Source: Elusimicrobiota bacterium
GTDB taxonomy: Bacteria; Elusimicrobiota; Elusimicrobia; F11
Direction of reading: 5' to 3'
Length of the DNA stretch: 64,000 nt
Assembly: GCA_044221725.1 (NCBI GenBank)
Contig: JBGAON010000001.1
Span: 192,001 to 256,000, forward strand
Shown: one piece after another, positions 35,201-41,301 of the stretch
Layout: the number at the start of each line of letters is the position of its first letter
Numbering within the stretch: the stretch's first letter is position 1
Notes under the pieces: generated by a model
What the model was told of the DNA's origin: nothing
What the model saw: the letters and a program-made list of their open reading frames with translations, nothing else
Databases searched by the model: none
Translations under genes and position numbers: made by a program

Positions 35201-38200
35201 ACAGTTGGGCCCACTGGCAATACAATACCGCCGTGCCGAGCTGGACCCCCGGACAGTCCTACGCAATTTCGATGCGCGTTCGCGATCAAGCGGGGAATTA
35301 CTCGTCGATTACGTACTCCACATTTACGTTCGACACAAATCTGCCCAGCTCGCGCGTGACCTTGCCGCTCAATGGTGCGACCGTAAATTCGCTCGGTCTC
35401 ACCGGCGTCTCCGGAACGGCGGCCGATTCCGGTTCACCGGTAACCCAAGTGCGTGTCGCAATTAAAAATTTAAACAACGGTTTGTGGTACGACTCGTTGG
35501 ATGATCTCTTTGAAATCTCATCGGTCGGCCCGAACTTCCTTACGGGAGTTACGGGCACTTCAAATTGGAATTATGCCACGACCGCTCTCGGCGATGGAGA
35601 TTTGTTGTCGGGTACTTCCTATTACGCTACGAGCGAAGCCACGGACTCCGCTGGAAATGTCCAGGCGGATTTCTCGACGGGGGGTTCGACATTTACGTTT
35701 GATAACACAAGCCCACTTACCGGCGTAACGCGGCCGCCGGCGGCCGGTGTTATTTTCTCAAACGAAGCTTACTACCGTTCGCTCTCGACTGTTTCCGGCA
35801 CGGCCGACGATTTCACTATGTTGCCGGCCGGTCGGAATCTGAACGCGGGGATCGGCAGCGCAAATGTAAAAGTTTCTATTAAAGATCTTAATACCACGTC
35901 TTATTGGAAGCAATCCAACACCGACTTTAGCGAATCCGATGAAGGCAATTCGTGGGTGAGCGCAACCTTTGTGGGCACCTCATCCGGAACATGGTCATAC
36001 AGTGGAACAAACTTCAATGCCGCGTTGACGAACGGTCACACGTACGTGGTCAAGTCGTCCGCCACCGATTTAATTTCAAACGTTCAGACATCGGTTTCAT
36101 CCAATGTGTTTGTGTTTGATTCTTCGGCGCCGATGGCAGGAATCGTTGTTCCTTCAGCGGTGTCACTGAACAGCTTGACTCAAATCACTGGAACCGCACG
36201 TGATTATCCATTCGCGGGTGCGCTGAAGCGCGTGGGGATGGATCACGTGGAGATCCAAATAATAGATCTTGGCGATGATCAGGCGATTGGTGGGGCCGGT
36301 GGCAACGCCGATACGTATTGGGATACGTCGTCTTTCGCGGCTCCGTCGGCCACCGTTACCGTCAATATTTCAGGTCAGGGACTTGTGACCTGGACCTACG
36401 ACAACCCGGACAGTATTTGGCAGGAAGGCCATACGTACCGAGTTCACGTGACGCCGTTCGATGGCGTCGCGAATTCGGCCGCCACGCCGGCATCTGCGCA
36501 ATTTGTGTTTGACTCATCGGCGCCGACAACAACGTCCATCCGTCCAGCCGAGGGCATCGGCTACAACGGAACGTCGAACCAATTGATCAATCTTTCGGCC
36601 ACTGCTATAGACATGCCCGTCGCACCCAAAGCGAGTGTTGGCGTGAATACATCGAAGGTGTATTTCACGTTGCGGCGCGATGATAACAACAACAACGCCT
36701 CCGACGGAGGCGACCAATATTGGGACGGACTTTATCCAGGAACGTTCGATCAGTCCGGAGAAGTTGTGATGCGCATGCATTCGGATGGCGGAGTCAATTT
36801 TTCGACCGCCGCCCCGACGTGGGATTCGGGGTATCGCTATTTCTTAGAGACGTGGACCGAAGACGCATTGGGTAACGTCGAACAGCGTCACACTCGTCGC
36901 TTCACGGTGGACATTATTCCACCGGATTCTGCGATTACATTCCCTTCGGACAATTCATCATTTCAAAATTTGACATCGGTGGCCGGAACCGCTGCGGATG
37001 TCACAAGCGGTATTGCGGCCGTGAATCTGAAAATTTGGGATTTGGGCTCTGATTTCAGTGCGAACACCGCCGATGATTTGTACTGGAGTGAATTTAATGG
37101 CTGGGTGACGGCGTCGACGCAAGTCGTGTCGAATCTCACTTCGGTGTATGTAACGTCGGCAACATGGAGCGTTACGCCGGCCGGAAACAAATTGCCCAGC
37201 GGGTGGACATCGGGTCGCATATACAAATTAATATCGTACGCCACGGATACGGCGGACAACGTACAGGGCGTGGTCTCAACAATTACGTTCCGCGTCGACA
37301 ACACCGCGCCCGTAGCTGGAATTACCTTGCCTGCCCACAACAGCGGTTTCAATTCTCTGAGCACCTTAAGTGGAACCGCGGGCGGCACCGAGGTATCTGG
37401 CGGTCGCGACTTTAGTCAGATCGCCGCCGTGAATTTGCAGATTATTGATATCAGCACATCACCGGTCCAATATTGGAACGGAGGATTGTTTACAACGGCG
37501 GTATCAACAAAGTCGGCTGCGTTCGTTGGATATTCCTCTGGAACGTGGACCTACAATAACGGCAGTCTCGATTCGCAGTTTATCTCGGGCCACAACTATC
37601 GCGTGTTAGCGTGGGCACAAGACAGTGCCAACAATACCCAAACGAGCTTCACTGTGGGCGTCTCTTCAAACGTGTTTTACTACGACAACGTGGCGTCCAC
37701 CTCCGCGATTACGGTGCCCGCTGATCAAGGTGCGTATCGCACGTTCACAAGTTTCTCGGGAACCGCTGGCGATGACTTTTCGGGGGTGAACGCTGTCAGT
37801 CTTACGATCAGCTACGTGCTCGCCGGAAGTACCTACTATTGGGATGGCGTTGCGTTCGATTCCAACACCTACTCGACAGTGGGTTCCTCGGTTGTGCACA
37901 TGAATCAGGCGTCAGTGAACTGGAGTTACAACACGAGCACGTTGTTATCGAATCTCGTTCCCGGTCGGCAATACACGGTATTCTCTCGGTCGGTGGATCG
38001 TTCGTCGAATTTCGAGGTTGCGGGAGCCACGGCAACGTTTCTTTACGATACGTATTTTGGTACCGCCACATTTACGAACCCAACCGGGAACGGTGTGTTC
38101 CGCTCGCCAGCCAATCCGCTTTTGACTGTTCAGGGTACGTCTGTCGATTTCCCTTCCCATCGTTTGGCGGGAATTGCGCGCAACGAAATCCGCATTCGTC

Positions 38201-41200
38201 GCACACCACCAGGCAATGAATATTGGGATGGGAGCGGATGGGCGCTCAATAGCTCGACGTGGATGGTGACGGTCGGATCGACGTCGTGGTCGTTCGCAGA
38301 ACCGTCGGCTCATTGGCAGGATAACACCGACTACACAATGAACGTGCGTACCATCGATTTGGCGAGCAACTTGTCTTTGTCCGCCACGCAGACGTTCACG
38401 TTTGATTCTGGACTGCCGATTGCTGTCATTCAAGATCCTGACGCCATCTTCGAGAAATCCCTCGGCACAATTCTTGGAACGGCGGGAGATTATTCGACGG
38501 CAAAAATGTCGGGCCTTTACACGGCGAAGGTGGCTATCGAGCGTAACCCAACCGGTGGTGGAAATTGGTGGGACGGGTCTGGTTTCAACGTGTTGAATGG
38601 TGACTTTGATGATTCCGGAGATACGCCGAGTCTTGGTTGGATTGTGGTGTCAACCACATCCGACGGAGGAGCATGGACGTTAACCGGGAGCTCGTTGCCG
38701 GTGTGGTCAAACGATCAGGCGTATCTCGTGAAAATTCGAGCGCAGGACAACGCGCAAAACTTTTCATCGCCTATTTCTTCATACACCTTCACGTACGACA
38801 ATGTTGCGCCGGTCACTGTTATTCAAAAGCCTGTTGGAGCTCCGTCGGTGCCACGAACATCTGGTCTTCCCATCATTTCGGGAACATCATCCGATACAAC
38901 CAACTCAAATATCAACTACGTGCAACTTCGTATTCGGCGAAACGATCTTCAGCAGTTCTACGACCCGGCAACATCCCGCACGAGCCCGAACTTCAGCATC
39001 GCCGAGCCGGGCAACTCGGCGTGGTTCACCGCGGATACGAGCAACGGCTACGTGAACTGGAGCGCGACGTTCACGTGGACCACGGGCATCAGCTACGCGG
39101 TGCAAGCGCGCACGGTGGATAAAGCGGGAAATATTTCGAACGTTGTGTATTCAACGTTCACGTACGACACCGATGCGCCGCAATCGTTTGTGAGCGTGCC
39201 GTCGAGTTCGGTTATCCGTGGACTCGTGACAGTGTCCGGAACCGCGTCGGATGGAGGAACGGTGGTGAACGTGGAAGTTGCGGTGCAGAATCTTGCGACC
39301 GGACTGTGGTTTGATGGAGCGGGCTTCACGGGCGGATCGGTGTTGTGGCAAGCGAAGTCGTCGCTGTTGGGATCCGCGCCGTTCACGTGGACATACACGG
39401 TGCTGAACGATTCGCATCTGACGACCGGCACAAGCTACTACATCATCACGCGTTCATCGGATGATGCGGGGAATCTTGAAACCGATTACGTGAGCGGATC
39501 GGAAACATTTACGTACGACATCAACGTGCCGACGGCGATCGTGCAGGTTCCTGCGAACAACGCGTATTACCGAGCGGGCCAGATCACGACACTTTCCGGA
39601 ACAGCGGCGGACACGACAAGCACGGTGCGCGAGTTGGCCCTCTACATCCAGCGTGCCGATGGACAATTCTGGACGGATACGGAAAGCCCCGCGGACGGAT
39701 CCGGAGTATGGGGAACAACGATGACGGCGATCGTGGTCTCAACAGCGAGCATGCCGAGCTGGTCGTACACGTTGGCGAACGAGTCGCAGATCTGGGCCCA
39801 CAACCAACCGTATCGAGCGTGGATTGCGGCGACGGACTTGCCGGGGAATGTGCAGACATCGTTTGTGGTGGGAACCTCGTCGAACGCGTTCACCTATGAT
39901 ACGGCGTACGGAACGTCGGTGGTTGTTGTGCCTGTGGCGAACGACTACTACAACGCGTCAACGAAACCGTTGCCGGTAATTTCTGGAACCGCCATCGATG
40001 AAACGCTTGGGAGTCGTGTGCAGAGCGTTTCGTACTCAATTAAAGAAAGCGGGAGCGGATTGTACTGGAACGCCAATGTCTCAACCTTCAGTTCCGCAGG
40101 CGAATTGTTCAACGCGATGGCGTTTACGGGTCCGAACGTGTGGACGTCAACGCATCCGACGCTGCAAGACGGTCTCGCGTATCAGGTGCGTATGCGCGCG
40201 ACCGACAAAGCCGGCAACGTCGAACCGCTGCGTGCCACCACCGCCTTCACATTCGATGTGTCGTCGCCAACAACGAGAATCACACGGCCCGTAGCGGGAT
40301 CGGAAGTTTCATCGCTTCCTTATATATCCGGTACAGTATCTGACAACACGGGAACAGCCGGGGTTCAAACGGTTGAATTGGCGGTGGCCGTTGATACGGG
40401 CGGATGGTACAACGATTCGAACAACACGTTTGATCAAACGAGCGAGTACTTCTTTACAGCGGTGACGACAAACGCGTTCTCCACCTGGTTCTCGTCGAAC
40501 ATTCCGTTCCAAGACGGACACGTGTACGGCATCAAAGCGCGCGCGACCGACAAAGCAACGAACGTTCAGACAATATTCACATCGAACGTGAGCACGCTGA
40601 CATTCACATTCGATAACGTTGCGCCGGTCACGTACATACAGAAACCGGTGGGAGCTCCGTCGGTGCCGCGCACATCGAGTCTTCCGATTATTTCAGGTAC
40701 CGCATCGGACACGCTGAATTCGAGCATCAACTACGTACAACTTCGTATCCGACGAAACGATCTCCAACAGTTCTACGACCCGGCAACGTCCCGCACGAGC
40801 CCGAACTTCAGCATCGCCGAGCCGGGCAACTCGGCGTGGTTCACCGCGGATACGAGCAACGGCTACGTGAACTGGAGCGCGACGTTCACGTGGACCACGG
40901 GCATCAGCTACGCGGTGCAAGCGCGCACGGTGGATAAAGCGGGAAATATTTCGAACGTTGTGTATTCAACGTTCACGTACGACACCGATGCGCCGCAATC
41001 GTTTGTGAGCGTGCCGTCGAGTTCGGTTATCCGTGGACTCGTGACAGTGTCCGGAACCGCGTCGGATGGAGGAACGGTGGTGAACGTGGAAGTTGCGGTG
41101 CAGAATCTTGCGACTGACTGTGGTTTGATGGAGCGGGCTCACGGGCGGATCGGTGTTGTGGCAAGCGAAGTCGTCGCTGTTGGGATCCGCGCCGTTCACG

Positions 41201-41301
41201 TGGACATACACGGTGCTGAACGATTCGCATCTGACGACCGGCACGGTTACCACATCATCAGCGTTCATCGGATGGCGGGAATCTTGAAACCGATTACGTG
41301 A
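17236..41301 (+). CDS. Giant secreted multidomain protein, 5' part: signal peptide, two propeller-like domains, ~56 Ig-like repeats; frame breaks at ~41115
   Basis: 8021-codon ORF; GGGAG RBS at 17224-28; signal MKRNHFSPKKLGAFAIFLSLFAGISKSLFA; repeat D-x2-P-x3-I-x2-P...ISGTA-x-D...YW-x-G...W...Y-x3-RA-x-D-x-AGN; last ~60 codons are out-of-frame read-through. Confidence 0.95.
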   Translation: MKRNHFSPKKLGAFAIFLSLFAGISKSLFAITEGHVVYGGADQRTVVSSFTSTGWGTAQFSLPAKDDGAGGTVDWDKGPVTYAIIKSAPSWSSNAGQKVLVTLDTQCRIIAQVYDPNNQTWGEPEWINSDLIETDKATFNYGTYRFFDVAYSSETPVIFYANRTNALATNNLGYKTWTGSDWDNTINAPGNGDPGQVVWVKAVTNPVVSKSTEVAVVTMDNAYDVQAIIYNGFGFVQTSTRMFTADTINSANYTSWDIAYEQNSGQLRVWYAVNGNTILQGASYDAPNWNTNSGDGSDALAAIREVKAYPRPNSNDIAVLLKTNGNNLSGALWNDNTFNASWTNSLNGGTTLSTLQFPNGGFDGAWTTGLSSFTAVYLRTASVNAFRARTISSATWTAEMATALPNLDATLTSYDTVVAVATAAAGCNTIQAMLTGRDSFSQATAGYRGTSRMIGISVDVAAQSYGSVTDFDRNITFDGYQPYAFLNNELYYHRYTARPNLRQLDTGGAWTPETNLTSSTSTIRFTQIASSPKRDEKIVATLDSNGILNAFVLRSGILFSSKTIATNLLNAGPNDFIWTPSFDVAYENTSGKAMIAYPNPGNVRFDYRLWDPTNATWGAAGTAPFTTQSGRPWWIKLRTNPKTNSNEILAVTLDSAADIYGYVWDAANATFNTYSAQNISANAEHATGTNVPRYETYDVAYEQGTGRGMVVWDEDANDTFRYCFWVSTAATPTWDCPGTPPTAGYSGRDTTQNGAALPRAFKLKADPNSNQLALAVAVSTANMYVNIWSGSAWGTAAGSGESQGLIAGIEDVNSYKGSFDLAWEGIGGSEVVLAVARAGTANLQFAYTSTGTWTVPAGLIGTFGDAEYVRAYGDPYSDRIAFIADNEKGRLQSVIWQGSALASGNSNPFGSSTPWGRQIDLQTQFGPWAFSWTRDYTAPTTVVQLPQPGTYYFSLPTITGTLSDPTPNNSGASAESVRLQRQSDFKYWNGLDWQASSVFVSTTLTSSTQWAFNVPLSSWTHGVAYKLNYYASDYEQNFEAWVSTINFVYDVNQPTVTLVTPTNMQFFKTPPVITGTANDSDADVKMVEISIQKNGASTKWFDGGDFIAGFNPSGNHTNWLVTSTSNAGSYTTFSYDMQAIYNLGKLTDATYYAQVVVKDNANDGAGNYQYGISTQSVSFVYDGTPPTSGVIQPQNGAKINNPASISGTAADPAPIAANRAVFVAILKNNGSSTWWNQNQAIPGWSSSVPPIWNLVTSTVGILSASATSWIYSPGTLGSQMSSGLDYVILSSAVDQAGNAQSSLTVGVSSITIRVDKSGPISTITLPADSGAAGQGRYTPGNIGYDNSGSGGANTRFVGAVSDTGGAGVKTNYIRLSYLNGSTTQYWNGTDFSELYSTNGWQNTSNTLWRYDTDVPAAAFVAVLNGSGHRQFTLESRAEDNTTNWDGTGSGNFQTTYATTTFIIDNSPPVLGISTPTVTQMTTLSLISGTADATLADLNYVEIKISTNGTGQLYYWTGSSWTTTVTWLSTTKDSSAAWHYTVPSTLIGDSSYTVAARALDYAGQYSTVYSTRIFTIDTSSPTVTITAPADGATYSQVQTSTPMAGTVIDPGAFATGASTASISLVDLDGGGNNYFNGSSFTTGGPYYVPVTGAGLNPWSFNLSTLTFINDHHYTVNASGRDAIGNTTVSPTSTFFYDTEIPTSTIRAPSPGYVSSLTQITGTAIDERFGVRNYEAKLGTYTVGVAVYDVQANKWFDNTNDFNSANPTYFQVSNDTTTSPNVWSYTVPGTIISKLVDGKSYRIVSRAVDLAGNAEFASSTAPVGVGITIIYDPNPPTTTITNPYDSTPSADTTPRISTVTAWGSLPSTIIGEAADGSGAGNGVNLVQLRIWKSDPSMYWQNGSDYSASAYSIDPTAASTAWFNAQTTNSWVNWYSTFTYLSDYKYHIEVRARDLSGQFSTAYATSSFIMDQNVPQSGILVPADQSYMKSLAEITGTMAETGSRYQGTVSPVKIAIRQLGPPSAGTNKWWDNGNKTFTLNNPPTTDNATLYVSSWSFNGITSGDLTSGTSYYITSKAMDDSSPVNDEGFGNVRSSTFTWDIVVPTATIFVPNAGGFPPSSVLGASPVFYGGYWDTHTGIATNPLCANRNDTTSGTSRIEYLLSNRSENPVIYWRPDYDVGQNLLLTGSWVSTEPTDWPDACVFGSSWTITSPDLSGYAGENFGLVVRAQDRAGNVQTVFTVGVASNSFTVDTQVPDVRVTAPVETYRNTLAAISATASDNLATVTSVDVRISSKSAGVCPGDASCRFWDGSYWVSSSSWMAVSFVSGNDWAYTVPGGIGFIDGLSYTVEVRGTDSSGNQGNIAGASDKSKTFKWDVTPPSTSLDKINGGAAGTLVNDQAYNSMTSFGGSASDTSPGLVQSVDMYIKEGGGSGSGSGVYWNGVSFSPVASAVWPFHFVTTNFSTATSAIPWVNGQTYWLRAKALDYADNEEGGIGVGGTIVKVHYDTEKPVSKITNVTNNSYVRSLSTLSGTASDIGTGANPGSTSNVYLHLYRNAPSNLTWNWDTAAWDSDDDESNIADPASSVYWSTTSYTAGAGVGIASGTWTRALPSFTGLSGNTFRLLVRAKDWAGNVEINPSTATFTLDQYQVGPPERPKAIVSYPTSGMHTPTKLTTISGTGQDNTGGQLASVGVLLRRFNSNGTTDYWGGFAWGAEPGVWPTAVAVDGSFNSSSEEFTFAMPGPAEWTDDIQYEIRARAIDAAGNQSQIELSTTVFTYDPTAPDTAITFPVNSGYISQTGNISGTASDTGAGQANLVQVRVRRYSDNKFLDISGGLPGSWVVDSSSNTWNDTVPSGSGPWTWTLSTAAWVTGETYEANARARDRALNYDLSFSTVTFAADFLAPTSVVTGPSNGSSISSLTSLTGTAIDNGPSGVSRVYVAVYGVSQNAWWNKTTTGTFNLADAGGLPVDAPSALSNYWVLATTSAGGPINWLATGSSTPTFPITGDYQVLSVAVDIASNIESLPTSAAPNSNRISFSWVPPVPQSVIQKPDGSNPHYKSSLVTISGTANSPTATGEEIRIKDITNAGSHLVWNGLIWVSSSSTSGWVAASFGSAPTWSYSVPSSSWTTIHRYQIEARATGVPTESPVQGPISFYVDDGNPTATIVMPDVAYKNSLPIISGSASDDGDSLPSANKTVYFRIKRTLPSTQYWVSVSSSFVNDTSINCISAVDNSCLPATNLGGGIYSVTHSSFVSGAIFDPGASYTVYEVVKDRAGNGYSTSFDFTWDVLAATAGITRPTASQPINSLTTISGTAADDFSVYATSISLQSLKNNQCYDPNTNFFTQACPYWIATSSDVSANWQYVDSNINVRLGESNTFYVLLARANDVAGNPQVNFVAGVSSRTFLADTVAPQVAVTFPVHNSIYKGSLISGGGFPFVGTATDPGSPFNAGIRKVQNRLSYLLNGDTWYWQPGQTAFSSGTAVASSGWFNTSNNAWAYFGAVTWGGTDRQYILEARAEDASYFPDGTATGNTSVPATLGTDIINFIVDDTPPSEAITVPSPTNVPGLTLISGTANATLSGLSRVEVKISTGVGTLYYWTSSSWTTVETWLNSAADSQTAWHYTVSGSMVNDATYTVVARALDNAGNYATTYSTKSFTVDLTTPTASITFPTSNSTFARYSQIVVSTPVAGTASDSGSYSTQLSTVQISIHDNTSNNDFNGATFAGGGPYFLGANGGSLAAWTFNSGLLSLTNDHQYQVTARTSDNAGNYSDSTTVTFEYDIEIPTSAITSPATGIRSNVSTVNGTASDERFGARSYEAKMGTYTVGVAILSVSDGKWWDESQVDFQATNPIYYEAVNSTTVAPNTWSYAVPAPLIGMLIDGNVYRFVSRSVDLAGNVEFGASTAPAGIGVNVTYDATPPSVSIGSPVDATPADDTQPRLSSLGTISGATNDGTGTGANLVQVRIYKSDPARYWSFGSDYSASAFTINTSAADTAWFSAATSDGYATWSTTFSFLSDYKYHIEVRARDNAGNYSTAYATATFIFDQDVPQSGIVTPADSSTVRTFSGIVGTMAETGTRYNGTVSPVKIAIKNLQIGKWWNSASSTFSISSPVPTTDDATLYVSSWVYTDINSTNLNSGSSYYITSRAFDNASPTNDENYFSVRSATFTFDNTAPSIVVQTPNDNSYFTDSSALTISGTAADSTSGVALVQVRIKSGSNYWTGTENVAGGNFTAVQATVTASYSNPTWQFRIVQADLSAFTHAQSYTIEARASDVAGSTSSFTAVRTITYDIGVPTAVVTAPLNYINATQTTITGTAQDSPAGIALVEIAISSSASGAAGTWYDGSGFTANFLDSGTLRSTSSYTANGAGAGIDVWGFTRPAFQQGKTYLVRLRITDRAGNVRTQTIGESAALVYDAVDPTAAILDPDAAYERSLGRITGTAVDADTAIALIDIAISTGSSAPYTDQYWNGSAWQPGIYWLSASPTDGSFNTSSEGWYFTGSTPTWINNRIYKIQVKPKDSSLNNNTIVNSTFTFDNTPALAAVVVPASLAASQSLTLVSGTMSDAPNPSPTIVQIALRHPADTFWDGAAFNAYNANTSWLNATSIFGSSWTFTNLPTSWNDRTLYKLFVRAIDAAGNPVADPDFANTGLEFLIDYSSPTSSVTSLSVAVTNYVRGPFNTVTGSADDDAGGSGIGTVKIRVIRSDGNYLNASQNGFDTNGTSIDFPLTTTNGTSWSKTFMSPAATFQDGYRYQIQSRATDNSNPALVQQIYTTATVIVDMSTPTAAISNLSTGFFNSSFTVLLGTMTDVLTGGNIPSGVRYVNVKIFDGTDGSTWWDGGGWNSQTSLSATVYPSSWSLSGLPTDWSHATNLDERWFQFYVQAVDYAGNTQSFAVLTATYDVRPGTAAIVVPNSGVVSSLPSISGTATDTTFGRSGIASVEIAIQRNNGTDTNWYRFSTAQWEPASIIWSTVSYNAGTGVWTRSTTNGNLWDNLVTYDLYVRAIDNAGNVQSTLLYPSTYSFVFQPPPSVIAFTKPTNNKFYRENLQDISGTNNAATNRVDVQIERLSDGKFWSGYTLAWVGSSTYTVANALTATNWSWNSGIPTSGDWFVSGATYTIRARGVNTAGISGAQVSLTIGFDNQAPTSVLTNPLTAFTSSFALISGTASDQLGMAGINNIKLDIQRVNKDDTTAADGYYWNGSTWTNVRPSLQITPVLVSPNLWNWSYTIAYSTHLANGYKYKIYLIAEDESFVDLNSFDGNDEAEHSSNVVYDITMPTATITSVMATEFRSSVVLASGAVSDPLGALQDNALPGYNQVNQVQVSLRRNSNSSYWNGTSFPGTTLVYSTASLFVSSWVFTSMPDFSLSNYNTENFTLRTKTDDKAGNVNALFVPGTSEITFTVDNHAPTSALTLPTSNAKRSQLTALSGTVDDNTASDFPNNAGVSGVSNVDALVYNVQGNTTYYWNGTIFSSNTTEAASWQSVDVLTSLGTSSATWTYNALDSLKMTPGVQAGWISDRAYVVKVRARDNAFPIGNVGSENVATSVIIDTTSPTSAVTYPNTTPVRLLATISGTCSADLAGFGNIKFSMQDHNGNYFNGSGFSSAGEVFLDTRTLTNQSGTQVYTSTFVTSANLTSGSTYTIRIYGTDAALPTANTQVGGTPGSFTFYFDNTPPETLSISAPINNGAYGPSNTLSNITGGAIDNHSGVVRVELEIFNQTDALYFGGSSFNQVSSSWVNVGGSLSSWSFASPAWIANKNYQVRARAFDSAGNVSTTSAVAFIYDSTNPVVSSILVPSQAYQAANTLNVLSGTAHDGLINPRSGLQNIEVAIHDIDDGDSDKWYSGVNASGFNQSNASWRLTSSTISVASATAPWSYPFGADEIPTWQDGHQYDLYVRATDLAQNVSTIFVSTFIYDPVNPAGYITKPDGAVTPHYESSLSTISGTAADTIDTVKAGAISTVDIRIRHIGGSIWWNPAKAGGANWDNALTDNTAWFATSSTDSWAHWQYNTAVPSWTPGQSYAISMRVRDQAGNYSSITYSTFTFDTNLPSSRVTLPLNGATVNSLGLTGVSGTAADSGSPVTQVRVAIKNLNNGLWYDSLDDLFEISSVGPNFLTGVTGTSNWNYATTALGDGDLLSGTSYYATSEATDSAGNVQADFSTGGSTFTFDNTSPLTGVTRPPAAGVIFSNEAYYRSLSTVSGTADDFTMLPAGRNLNAGIGSANVKVSIKDLNTTSYWKQSNTDFSESDEGNSWVSATFVGTSSGTWSYSGTNFNAALTNGHTYVVKSSATDLISNVQTSVSSNVFVFDSSAPMAGIVVPSAVSLNSLTQITGTARDYPFAGALKRVGMDHVEIQIIDLGDDQAIGGAGGNADTYWDTSSFAAPSATVTVNISGQGLVTWTYDNPDSIWQEGHTYRVHVTPFDGVANSAATPASAQFVFDSSAPTTTSIRPAEGIGYNGTSNQLINLSATAIDMPVAPKASVGVNTSKVYFTLRRDDNNNNASDGGDQYWDGLYPGTFDQSGEVVMRMHSDGGVNFSTAAPTWDSGYRYFLETWTEDALGNVEQRHTRRFTVDIIPPDSAITFPSDNSSFQNLTSVAGTAADVTSGIAAVNLKIWDLGSDFSANTADDLYWSEFNGWVTASTQVVSNLTSVYVTSATWSVTPAGNKLPSGWTSGRIYKLISYATDTADNVQGVVSTITFRVDNTAPVAGITLPAHNSGFNSLSTLSGTAGGTEVSGGRDFSQIAAVNLQIIDISTSPVQYWNGGLFTTAVSTKSAAFVGYSSGTWTYNNGSLDSQFISGHNYRVLAWAQDSANNTQTSFTVGVSSNVFYYDNVASTSAITVPADQGAYRTFTSFSGTAGDDFSGVNAVSLTISYVLAGSTYYWDGVAFDSNTYSTVGSSVVHMNQASVNWSYNTSTLLSNLVPGRQYTVFSRSVDRSSNFEVAGATATFLYDTYFGTATFTNPTGNGVFRSPANPLLTVQGTSVDFPSHRLAGIARNEIRIRRTPPGNEYWDGSGWALNSSTWMVTVGSTSWSFAEPSAHWQDNTDYTMNVRTIDLASNLSLSATQTFTFDSGLPIAVIQDPDAIFEKSLGTILGTAGDYSTAKMSGLYTAKVAIERNPTGGGNWWDGSGFNVLNGDFDDSGDTPSLGWIVVSTTSDGGAWTLTGSSLPVWSNDQAYLVKIRAQDNAQNFSSPISSYTFTYDNVAPVTVIQKPVGAPSVPRTSGLPIISGTSSDTTNSNINYVQLRIRRNDLQQFYDPATSRTSPNFSIAEPGNSAWFTADTSNGYVNWSATFTWTTGISYAVQARTVDKAGNISNVVYSTFTYDTDAPQSFVSVPSSSVIRGLVTVSGTASDGGTVVNVEVAVQNLATGLWFDGAGFTGGSVLWQAKSSLLGSAPFTWTYTVLNDSHLTTGTSYYIITRSSDDAGNLETDYVSGSETFTYDINVPTAIVQVPANNAYYRAGQITTLSGTAADTTSTVRELALYIQRADGQFWTDTESPADGSGVWGTTMTAIVVSTASMPSWSYTLANESQIWAHNQPYRAWIAATDLPGNVQTSFVVGTSSNAFTYDTAYGTSVVVVPVANDYYNASTKPLPVISGTAIDETLGSRVQSVSYSIKESGSGLYWNANVSTFSSAGELFNAMAFTGPNVWTSTHPTLQDGLAYQVRMRATDKAGNVEPLRATTAFTFDVSSPTTRITRPVAGSEVSSLPYISGTVSDNTGTAGVQTVELAVAVDTGGWYNDSNNTFDQTSEYFFTAVTTNAFSTWFSSNIPFQDGHVYGIKARATDKATNVQTIFTSNVSTLTFTFDNVAPVTYIQKPVGAPSVPRTSSLPIISGTASDTLNSSINYVQLRIRRNDLQQFYDPATSRTSPNFSIAEPGNSAWFTADTSNGYVNWSATFTWTTGISYAVQARTVDKAGNISNVVYSTFTYDTDAPQSFVSVPSSSVIRGLVTVSGTASDGGTVVNVEVAVQNLATDCGLMERAHGRIGVVASEVVAVGIRAVHVDIHGAERFASDDRHGYHIISVHRMAGILKPIT

